A stretch of DNA of 24,000 nt from Acidobacteriota bacterium (GTDB lineage: Bacteria > Acidobacteriota > Terriglobia > Versatilivoradales > Versatilivoraceae): positions 3,051 to 27,050 of the forward strand of contig VXMN01000345.1 in the NCBI GenBank assembly GCA_009841055.1. The letters are read 5' to 3'. The notes beneath the pieces are model-generated. The model made no database searches, had not been told where the DNA came from, and was given only the letters and a program-made list of their open reading frames with translations. The translations under genes were made by a program, and so were the position numbers. This document shows, piece after piece, positions 1-6,998 of this stretch. Within the stretch, counting starts at the first letter, position 1. The number at the start of each line of letters is the position of its first letter.

Positions 1-266
1 TGGAAGGCGAGCGCGAATCTTCGACCGCGATTCTCTGTGGGCGAGACTCGGTCCAGATCAATCAGCCCTCCGGGCAGCCTCTGGACTTCCCCCAGCTGGG
101 ACATCGGCTGGAACTTCTGGGCAGCGTTTCCTACAATCGGTTTCTGCTCAGGTTCCGGCTGAAGGAATTTGAAATTGCCGTCTTTCCCGACGGCCGGGGC
201 ATCGTCAAGGGCACCCGGGATCCCCAGGAAGCCCGCTCTCTCTACTCCAGGTACATCGGAAATTGA
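1..266 (+). CDS. ThiF/MoeB-family E1-like adenylyltransferase, C-terminal fragment (5' end outside the window)
   Basis: Frame 3 is open from base 3 to the TGA at 264-266. It translates to ...LCGRDSVQINQPSGQPLDFPQLGHRLELLGSVSYNRFLLRFRLKEFEIAVFPDGRGIVKGTRDPQEARSLYSRYIGN*. From memory this resembles the C-terminal domain of Bacillus-type ThiF/MoeB proteins ('CGRN-VQI ... LF-DGR-I-GT-D...A--LY-+YIG'). A cysteine desulfurase and a GG-terminated carrier lie downstream. Only about 88 aa are visible and this ORF is not in the supplied track. Confidence 0.55.
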   Translation, partial: EGERESSTAILCGRDSVQINQPSGQPLDFPQLGHRLELLGSVSYNRFLLRFRLKEFEIAVFPDGRGIVKGTRDPQEARSLYSRYIGN

Positions 267-358
267 GATCCCGTCCGGGGCCTGAAGGCCCTTTCCGGAA
301 CACCGCGACGAACCCCGCCACGGTGATACCGCGCGATCGCCGGCAACCGCCATCCCCC

Positions 359-1492
359 ATGATCTACCTGGACAATGCGGCCACCAGCTTTCCCAAGCCG
401 GAGGCGGTCTATCGGGAATTGCAGGACTACTTGCGCCGCGACGGAGCCAACCCCGGCAGATCCGGACACCAATGGGCGGTTCGGGTGGAAAAGACCATGG
501 ATGATACCCGAAACCTGTTGGCCCGTTTTTTTGGAATGGACGACCACCGCCGGGTCATCTTCACCCTCAACGGCACCGACTCCCTCAACATGGCCATCAA
601 GGGGGTGCTTCGGCCCGGAGACCACGTGGTCACCAGCCTGCTGGAACACAATTCGGTCTCCCGCCCCTTGAAGCACCTGGAAAGCAAGGGCGGCATCAGC
701 CTGACCCAGCTGCCCTTCTCCCAGGAGGGGTTCGTCGATCCCGAAGACTTTCGCAGGGCCTTGACCTCGCGGACGCGGCTGGTGGTTCTGCTGCACGCCT
801 CCAATGTCCTGGGAACCCTGCAACCCATTGCCGAGGTCGGCAGGATCTGCCGCCGGCACGGGGCGCTGTTTCTGGTGGACGCGGCCCAGACAGCCGGAAT
901 CGTTCCCATCCACATGCAGGACATGCAGATCGACTTGCTGGCTTTTCCGGGTCACAAGGCCCTGTTCGGCCCGCCCGGCATCGGCGTTCTGTTGGTTGGC
1001 GATCGGGTCGATCCGCTCCCCTGGCGGGAAGGCGGCACCGGATTCGATTCGGAAGATCCCCTACAGCCCCGTCGGTTTCCCCATCTTCTGGAAGGAGGGA
1101 CACCCAACACCCTGGGCGTGGCGGCGCTGAGAGCCGGCCTGCGCTTTGTGACCGGCGAGGGCCTTGACAGAATCCGGGGTCACGAGCAGCGTCTGCTGAC
1201 GCGATTGACCGAATCCCTCAGGGGGAATCCCAAGATCTGCCTTTACGGCTCCCTGGATCCGCACCGCCGGGTGGGTTCGGTGGCGCTCAACCGGGAGGAC
1301 TACACCCCCTCGGAGGTAGGAGCGATCCTGGACAACTCATTTGAATTGGCCGTCCGGCCCGGCCTGCACTGTGCCCCTTACCTTCACCGGCACCTGGGCA
1401 CGGCGCCCGAGGGCGCCGTCCGGATCAGCCCCGGTTATTTCAACACCGAGGAAGATATCGATCGCTGCCTCTCAGCCCTGGAGCAACTGTGA
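359..1492 (+). CDS. Cysteine desulfurase / class-V aminotransferase-fold PLP enzyme
   Basis: ATG at 359 gives the N-terminus MIYLDNAATSFPKP, typical of NifS/Csd-like enzymes. PLP-lysine context 'AFPGHKALFGPPGIGVL'. Candidate catalytic-Cys loop 'RPGLHCAP' near the C-terminus. The track ORF starts at a TTG at 263 and adds 32 Arg/Pro-rich residues not expected for this family. Confidence 0.85.
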   Translation: MIYLDNAATSFPKPEAVYRELQDYLRRDGANPGRSGHQWAVRVEKTMDDTRNLLARFFGMDDHRRVIFTLNGTDSLNMAIKGVLRPGDHVVTSLLEHNSVSRPLKHLESKGGISLTQLPFSQEGFVDPEDFRRALTSRTRLVVLLHASNVLGTLQPIAEVGRICRRHGALFLVDAAQTAGIVPIHMQDMQIDLLAFPGHKALFGPPGIGVLLVGDRVDPLPWREGGTGFDSEDPLQPRRFPHLLEGGTPNTLGVAALRAGLRFVTGEGLDRIRGHEQRLLTRLTESLRGNPKICLYGSLDPHRRVGSVALNREDYTPSEVGAILDNSFELAVRPGLHCAPYLHRHLGTAPEGAVRISPGYFNTEEDIDRCLSALEQL

Positions 1493-1589
1493 TGCGGGGA
1501 GCTCCAAGGCGAATTCGATCCGGGAATCAAGTCCAGGTGGCGCGGGAGAACGACAGAGTAACGAAAGGGTTCTACACGGAAGCCAGGCA

Positions 1590-2651
1590 ATGACCAGGAA
1601 ATTGCGCGCGGCGGTTCTGGGAGCCACCGGCACCGTCGGCCAGAGATTCATTCAGTTGCTGGAGGACCACCCCTGGTTCGAGCTGGGAGCCATTGCGGCT
1701 TCGGGCCGCTCGGTGGGCAAGCCCTATCACCGGGCCTGCTCCTGGAAAGTCCCGGAGCCTCAGCCGGAGTACGTCAGAGACCAAGTCCTCAGCCCCTGCC
1801 GCCCCGGGCTGGAAGCGGACTTCGTATTTTCCGGCCTTCCCTCCTCGATTGCCGGGGAGGTGGAATGCGATTTTGCCCGGGCCGGATATCCAGTGGTCAG
1901 CAACTCCGGATACCACCGCATGGAGGAGGACGTGCCGCTGCTGGTCCCCGAGATCAACTCCGACCACCTGGACCTGATTTCCCTGCAGCAAGAGCGCACG
2001 CGGTCCTCGGGGTTTATCGTCACCAACCCCAACTGCACCACCATCGCCCTGGTTCTGGCGCTGGCGCCGCTGCACCGTGCCTTCGGTCTGGAACGGGTCA
2101 GCGTCGTCACCATGCAGGCACTTTCGGGGGCCGGCTATCCGGGAGTGGCCGGTCTGGACGTTGCCGACAACGTGCTGCCCTACATTGAGGGAGAAGAGGA
2201 GAAGGTGGAGACCGAACCCTTGAAGATCCTGGGAAACTACAAGGACGGCAAAGTCGAGAGGGCGGAGTTTGCAATCAGCGCCCAGTGCCACCGGGTGAGT
2301 GTTCAGGACGGGCACCTGGAAGCGGTCTCGGTAAGCGTTCGGCTGCTTCCGTCCCTCGATGAGCTTGTGGAAACACTGGCCTCTTTCCGATCCCTCCCCC
2401 AGGAGCTGGACCTGCCCAGCGCGCCGCGCAGGCCGGTGGTGTGCCTGGAAGAGCCGGACCGTCCCCAGCCGCGCCTGGACCGAAACCTGGAGAAGGGAAT
2501 GGCGACGGTGGTGGGACGCATCCGCCCCTGCCCCGTCCTGGACTACAAGTTCGACCTGCTGGGGCACAACACCATCCGGGGGGCGGCGGGCGCGGCCATC
2601 CTCAACGCGGAGCTTCTCCGGGCTCGGGGGATGTTGAAAGGAAAGGAGTAG
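1590..2651 (+). CDS. asd: Aspartate-semialdehyde dehydrogenase (archaeal/fungal-type, about 353 aa)
   Basis: ATG at 1590 gives [20 protein letters not shown] (Rossmann GxxGxxG). Catalytic Cys motif '[11 protein letters not shown]', plus 'ALSGAGYPG' and '[19 protein letters not shown]'. The longer track ORF (start 1341) overlaps the upstream gene and its extra residues look non-coding. Confidence 0.9.
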   Translation: MTRKLRAAVLGATGTVGQRFIQLLEDHPWFELGAIAASGRSVGKPYHRACSWKVPEPQPEYVRDQVLSPCRPGLEADFVFSGLPSSIAGEVECDFARAGYPVVSNSGYHRMEEDVPLLVPEINSDHLDLISLQQERTRSSGFIVTNPNCTTIALVLALAPLHRAFGLERVSVVTMQALSGAGYPGVAGLDVADNVLPYIEGEEEKVETEPLKILGNYKDGKVERAEFAISAQCHRVSVQDGHLEAVSVSVRLLPSLDELVETLASFRSLPQELDLPSAPRRPVVCLEEPDRPQPRLDRNLEKGMATVVGRIRPCPVLDYKFDLLGHNTIRGAAGAAILNAELLRARGMLKGKE

Positions 2652-2748
2652 CACCACCGGCCGGCGCCCGGGATTCTCGGAGCGCTGAAACCCATGGCGC
2701 AATGATGGCAGGCATTTTTTTATCGGACCTACAAAGAGAGGAGGCTTT

Positions 2749-3024
2749 ATGCCCACGTCCGTGCGCATTCCCGTTCAACTGAGAACGCTCACCGGAGGTC
2801 AGGAAGTGATCACCGGAACGGGCGGATCCGTGCTGGAAATCATCGAGGATATCGACCGGCAATACCCCGGCCTCAAGGACCGCATTTGCGAATCCGAGGG
2901 AAAGGTTCGGCGCTTCGTCAACATCTTCCTCAACGAAGAAGACATCCGCTTCCTGGAGAATCTCCAGACCGCGGTCACGGAGAAGGACGAGCTGTCGATC
3001 ATTCCGGCCATTGCCGGCGGATAG
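2749..3024 (+). CDS. MoaD/ThiS-family ubiquitin-like sulfur-carrier protein (CysO-like), C-terminal Gly-Gly
   Basis: 91 aa ending ...SIIPAIAGG*. The motifs 'IPVQLRTLTGGQ', 'FVNIFLNEEDIRFLENLQT' and 'DELSIIPAIAGG' closely parallel my recollection of M. tuberculosis CysO ('IPTILRPHTGGQ...FVNIYVNDEDVRF...DSVTILPAVAGG'). Strong RBS GAGGAGG at 2738-2744. Confidence 0.85.
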   Translation: MPTSVRIPVQLRTLTGGQEVITGTGGSVLEIIEDIDRQYPGLKDRICESEGKVRRFVNIFLNEEDIRFLENLQTAVTEKDELSIIPAIAGG

Positions 3025-3107
3025 ACCGCATCCGTCGAACCGGCTGCCGCTTCCCTCTATCGGTCTCGGGCGGCACCGCAGGCGGCAGCGTCCCCACCAG
3101 GAAGGCG

Positions 3108-3914
3108 TCACAAGGCCTTCTTGGCCTGCTGCCAGAGCTCTTCCATCTCATCGAGTGTGGTGTTTCCGAGGTCCTTGCCCGCCCGCCGCAAAGCGGCCTC
3201 CATGAACTGAAACCGATCTACAAATTTTCGGTTGGACTTCCGCAAAGCCGTTTCGGGGTCGATGTCCAGAAACCGGGCGATATTGACCGCCGCAAAAAGC
3301 AGGTCCCCGACCTCCTGTTCGACGTTCTCACGCCTTGCAGCCGGGGGGGATTCCAGAGCCTGCCTGAGTTCCCCGACCTCCTCTTCCAGCTTCTCGACGA
3401 CCCCGTCGATATGAGACCAGTCAAAGCCCACCCGGGAGGCTTTGCCGGTGATCTTCAGTGCGGTCAGGAGGGCCGGAAGCCGGGGCAGATGGTCCAGGAT
3501 CGAGTCGTCCCCGCCCCGACCGCCCGACCCACCGGAGCGTTCCCGGCGCTTGATGTCCTCCCACTGATGCAAAACGCCCTCGGCGCTATCCGCTGTGGCG
3601 TCGCCGAACACGTGGGGATGGCGTCTCACCATCTTGCCGACGACTCCCTCCGCCACCTCGTCGATGTCGAAGGCGCCTTCCGTTTCGGCCATCTGGGACA
3701 GAAAGGCCACCTGGAACAACAGATCGCCCAGCTCGCCGCAAAAGGCCGACCGGTCGCCGCTGTCCAGCGCCTCCAGAGTCTCGTAGGCCTCCTCCAGCAG
3801 GAGGGGCTTGAGGGTATCGAAGGTCTGCTCGCGGTCCCAGGGGCAACCGTCGGGCCCCCGCAGCCGATCCACCAGGGCTACCAGCTTAAGGAATTTTCTT
3901 CCCTTCATGGCCAT
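3108..3914 (-). CDS. mazG: Nucleoside triphosphate pyrophosphohydrolase MazG
   Basis: 'LRGPDGCPWDREQTFDTLKPLLLEEAYETLEA', 'ELGDLLFQV', and a second MazG repeat 'EEVGELRQA...EVGDLLFAAVNIARF'. GGAGGAG RBS 10 nt upstream of the ATG. The start codon directly abuts the upstream gene's stop (TGAATG). Confidence 0.9.
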   Translation of the reverse strand: MAMKGRKFLKLVALVDRLRGPDGCPWDREQTFDTLKPLLLEEAYETLEALDSGDRSAFCGELGDLLFQVAFLSQMAETEGAFDIDEVAEGVVGKMVRRHPHVFGDATADSAEGVLHQWEDIKRRERSGGSGGRGGDDSILDHLPRLPALLTALKITGKASRVGFDWSHIDGVVEKLEEEVGELRQALESPPAARRENVEQEVGDLLFAAVNIARFLDIDPETALRKSNRKFVDRFQFMEAALRRAGKDLGNTTLDEMEELWQQAKKAL

Positions 3915-5087
3915 TCAGGCTGATCTCCTCCGCAGCGCGCCTTCGGGTTCCAGGCGGTTGCCGCCCTTGCGCTTGGCCCGGTACATGAGTCGATCAGCGG
4001 CTTCAATGAAGTCCCTGCTCTCCATCCCGGGAGAGTACTCCGCGATTCCGGCGCTGAATCCGACCGCACCGGCCAGGGCCTCGGAGACGGCCTTACGGAG
4101 CCGGTCCACCAGGACTTGGGCCTCGGCCCGACTGGTGTGGGGCAGCAGCAGCACAAACTCGTCGCCTCCGTAGCGAAAGGCCCGGTCCGTCTTGGCCCGA
4201 ATGGTCCGGGAAACGACGGATCCCACGGTTCGAAGCAGACGGTCCCCCTCCAGGTGGCCGTGGGTGTCGTTGTATTCCTTGAATCCATCCAGGTCGAACA
4301 GGCACAGGGAACAGGCGCTGCCGGCCCGTTTGGCTCGTTGCACTTCCCTCGGCAATTGCTCGAACAGGTCCCGCTGGTTGTAGAGGCCGGTCAGATCGTC
4401 GGTGACCGTGAGCCGCTTCAATTGGTGCTCCAGCGCAACCTGACGGCTGGCAAGCGTGGCCTGAGACGCCCGGACCTGTTCGCTCAGGCGAGCATTTTCC
4501 AGGGCCAGGGCCGCCTGGTCCGCCACCAGCCTCAGGAAGTCCCGGTCGGAACGGTCCAGGAAGTCGCCGGGCGAGTGCCCGAGAATCAGGGCGCCCGCAA
4601 GCTGTCCACCGGCCATCAAGGGCAGCAGAGTATGAAGCGGAGCGGCCACCGGAAGAGGTGGAACCCGGTTGCCGGATTCGGGGCTGGCGCTACGGCGTCC
4701 GAAGACAGGAGCCCCCGCAGCTTCCAGGATGGGCGCCAGCAAGGAGTGGTCATGCGGAACTTGCCCCCGAGACTCGTGGCCACCAGCGGATTGCACCCTT
4801 ACTGCCGTCACCTCCCAAGTCCGACTCTCCCGATCGAGTCGGGCCAGAGCCCAGCAGTCGCCACCGATGATCGGACGGGTTTGATCCCTGATCACCTCGA
4901 GGATTTCTTCCGGTTTCAGACCGGCGGTCAGCCTCCGGGCCATGGCCGCCGCGGCCTGCACCCTTGCATTTCGCGACCGCCCTGTTTCAGACCGTCGCCC
5001 CCCGGCCCGGTCCACTGAATCGGGAGCCGTGCGCCGGCCCACCGCCCCTGGTTTCCCTGACCGTCTATTGGGAGTCCCGACAGGCAT
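3915..5087 (-). CDS. GAF-domain diguanylate cyclase (GGDEF)
   Basis: C-terminal 'DDLTGLYNQRD...LFDLDGFKEYNDTHGHLEGD...RYGGDEFVLLL...MYRAKRKGGNR'. A GAF-like sensor region and a coiled-coil linker lie upstream. The start is uncertain: ATG at 5087 has a GGAGG 8 nt upstream, the track starts at a GTG at 5096, and ATG at 4943 is also possible. The N-terminal 50 aa are Arg-rich and low-complexity. Confidence 0.85.
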   Translation of the reverse strand: MPVGTPNRRSGKPGAVGRRTAPDSVDRAGGRRSETGRSRNARVQAAAAMARRLTAGLKPEEILEVIRDQTRPIIGGDCWALARLDRESRTWEVTAVRVQSAGGHESRGQVPHDHSLLAPILEAAGAPVFGRRSASPESGNRVPPLPVAAPLHTLLPLMAGGQLAGALILGHSPGDFLDRSDRDFLRLVADQAALALENARLSEQVRASQATLASRQVALEHQLKRLTVTDDLTGLYNQRDLFEQLPREVQRAKRAGSACSLCLFDLDGFKEYNDTHGHLEGDRLLRTVGSVVSRTIRAKTDRAFRYGGDEFVLLLPHTSRAEAQVLVDRLRKAVSEALAGAVGFSAGIAEYSPGMESRDFIEAADRLMYRAKRKGGNRLEPEGALRRRSA

Positions 5088-5117
5088 CCGATCCACCTCC
5101 CCTCCGTGTCTCCATCG

Positions 5118-6983
5118 CTACCGATATCGCAGTTCCACGCTCCAACCGTCAATCAGCTTTAGGGGATGGACGCGATACTCCCGCGGCTGCAGTGCCATTG
5201 CCTCCAGGTCCTTGCGATGGCCCAGCCGCCGAATGGTGTGCCATTGGGTCTTGCGCACAATCCGGCCGCCGCTGTCCCAGAAGGCCAGGCCGGCGGCTCC
5301 TCCGGCATATGCCTTGCGTGCCTGCCGGGCATACCGGCTGCCGGGCATGTTGCGTGGTGTGATGTCTTCGAAAAAGACGGTTCGGGTGCCCCGGGTGATC
5401 TTCTGGAAATAGTCGTAGTCCACCCGTTGGCTCCCGTCTCCTCCGGTATAGACGCAGAGGATATCCACCAGGCCTTCTCGGGTCCAGGTCTCCAGATCCA
5501 GCGCGGCGTGGCGATTCCAGGCAGCGTCGTAGCCCACATTGGCCAGCACCTCTATCCGGGGGCCCCGGGGGCGCTGCCGGTCCAGCCTCTGGCGCAATTC
5601 CCGCATGAAGGTGGTGACGTAGGTTGCCCAGTGCCTCTCCAGCCGCTCGTCCGCAGCCGGCGGGTCCCCCCGCCGCCGCCGGACCGGTTCGGGAAGCCGG
5701 CGGGGATCGATTCCGTACGCCTTCTTGAAATCTTCGACCACCGGCGGCTCGAACAGCACGAAAGGCGGCCTGCGGGTATAGATCAATTGCACGCCCTTGA
5801 CGCCATAGCCCGCCAGTTCCGCCAGCAGGTCCAGGTAGAAGCGTCTCACCTGGCTGTAGGCCAGGCTCAGCCGGACGATGGTGTGACCCTCCCGATCCCG
5901 GCAGCGCCACTGCGGGTTCCGTTTCCAGAAATGCACGGGCTCGAACCACACCGGCGGCATGGAGGCCATGGTTCCCATCCGAAAACCCAGGTAGACCTCA
6001 ATGTCCATGGAATGGGCATGATCCACCGCCACCTTGAGCGGGTCGATGCCTCGGGATTGAAAACCGAGGAGGCTCTCGGCGGCCCGCCTCCCCGCCTCCA
6101 CCGGGAAGTCTTCCTCTCCGGCCCCCATCATCGATCCCACCCGGCTGGGATAAAGGGTTTGGCCGGCCCCGATGCCCCCGGTTCCCAGAAAGAGCTTCCC
6201 GACATCGGTGTCCCGCAGCGGCTCCAGGTTCTCCTGGATGTCCTGCACCGTCCGCGCACCCGTATGAAAGGGGCCCTGCCCATCCATCTCCGCCGCCAAT
6301 AGCCTTGTTTCGGGGCGGCCGCCGGCGGTCCGGTACTCCTCGACTTCGTCCGCGGTCAACGGAACCAGCCGCACGAAGGCCAGTTGGGCCACGCTGGGAT
6401 GGCTGGTCCTCAGGTGGGAGATTACCAATTGCTGCCCGCCGAGGTCGGCTGCCTTCCAGAAGACTTCCTCGATGTCGGTCACTCCAATGGCCGGCCGCGG
6501 GCGAAGCCAACTCCCGTCCGGTTTGCGCTGGTAGCCCAGCCGACTGGGAGCCAGGCTCTCAAAGAGACTCTCATCGCTCAGCTTCAGCCTCAGTCTGAAC
6601 TCGTCGATCCTGGACCCGCCGAAGAGTCCCACGTAGATGGCATGCCATCCCTGGACCGGCAGCGAAAGTCTCAGGTCGGGCGGGTGGGTCAACTGCCCCC
6701 TGGCCACCATCACTCCCCGGATGCCCGTTTTCGTCCGGTAGGGAATGGTGTACCAGCATCCCTTTCTGGGCTTGGGGGTGATTGCCTCACGCGGCTGCGC
6801 GCTGGAAAGGTCCGCCAGCAAGACGCCCGAGTGCCGGGGCGAGTGCCAGAAACCGGGGGCCGAAGCCCCGGAGCCGCCCTCGGCGCGGGCTTCGACCACC
6901 TGCAATACGGCAGGCCCCAGCCCCATGGCCCTGATAAAGCCTCTTCGGGAGACCGCAGTCTTCGGATCCGGTGTTTGGCTCAT
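5118..6983 (-). CDS. Tat-exported hypothetical protein; putative glycoside-hydrolase-like TIM barrel (GHL10/DUF187-like)
   Basis: Twin-arginine signal 'VSRRGFIRAMGLGPAVL...ARAEG'. Distant paralog of the upstream gene (see finding). ATG at 6983 has a GGAGG 7 nt upstream; the track start at 6989 is a GTG. The functional call rests only on motif resemblance, so treat it as low confidence. The confidence given is for the CDS itself. Confidence 0.8.
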   Translation of the reverse strand: MSQTPDPKTAVSRRGFIRAMGLGPAVLQVVEARAEGGSGASAPGFWHSPRHSGVLLADLSSAQPREAITPKPRKGCWYTIPYRTKTGIRGVMVARGQLTHPPDLRLSLPVQGWHAIYVGLFGGSRIDEFRLRLKLSDESLFESLAPSRLGYQRKPDGSWLRPRPAIGVTDIEEVFWKAADLGGQQLVISHLRTSHPSVAQLAFVRLVPLTADEVEEYRTAGGRPETRLLAAEMDGQGPFHTGARTVQDIQENLEPLRDTDVGKLFLGTGGIGAGQTLYPSRVGSMMGAGEEDFPVEAGRRAAESLLGFQSRGIDPLKVAVDHAHSMDIEVYLGFRMGTMASMPPVWFEPVHFWKRNPQWRCRDREGHTIVRLSLAYSQVRRFYLDLLAELAGYGVKGVQLIYTRRPPFVLFEPPVVEDFKKAYGIDPRRLPEPVRRRRGDPPAADERLERHWATYVTTFMRELRQRLDRQRPRGPRIEVLANVGYDAAWNRHAALDLETWTREGLVDILCVYTGGDGSQRVDYDYFQKITRGTRTVFFEDITPRNMPGSRYARQARKAYAGGAAGLAFWDSGGRIVRKTQWHTIRRLGHRKDLEAMALQPREYRVHPLKLIDGWSVELRYR

Positions 6984-6998
6984 CCTCACGCCTCCGCC

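Noticed and set aside
263-1589. Longer track starts for the cysteine desulfurase (TTG at 263, forming a TTGA overlap with the upstream stop) and for asd (start at 1341).
   Set aside because: The added N-terminal residues are Arg/Pro-rich and absent from these families. The canonical N-termini (MIYLDNAATS and [14 protein letters not shown]) begin at the internal ATGs at 359 and 1590. The 1341 start would also overlap 150 nt of the upstream gene.
267-2748. Riboswitch or attenuator in the three intergenic gaps of about 95 nt in the sulfur-carrier cluster. This includes the small GGGCC-TGAA-GGCCC-TTT hairpin at 278-294 and the T-run at 2714-2721.
   Set aside because: I could not recognise SAM-I, SAM-II, SAM/SAH, TPP or Moco riboswitch cores. 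The hairpins are short (5 bp) or lack a proper stem before the T-run. A covariance-model scan (Rfam/Infernal) would be needed to exclude them properly.
3043-3089. Inverted repeat GCTGCCGC...GCGGCAGC between the convergent CysO-like and mazG genes, considered as a bidirectional terminator.
   Set aside because: The 8-bp stem encloses a loop of about 31 nt and is not followed by a U-tract on either strand. It is too weak to call.
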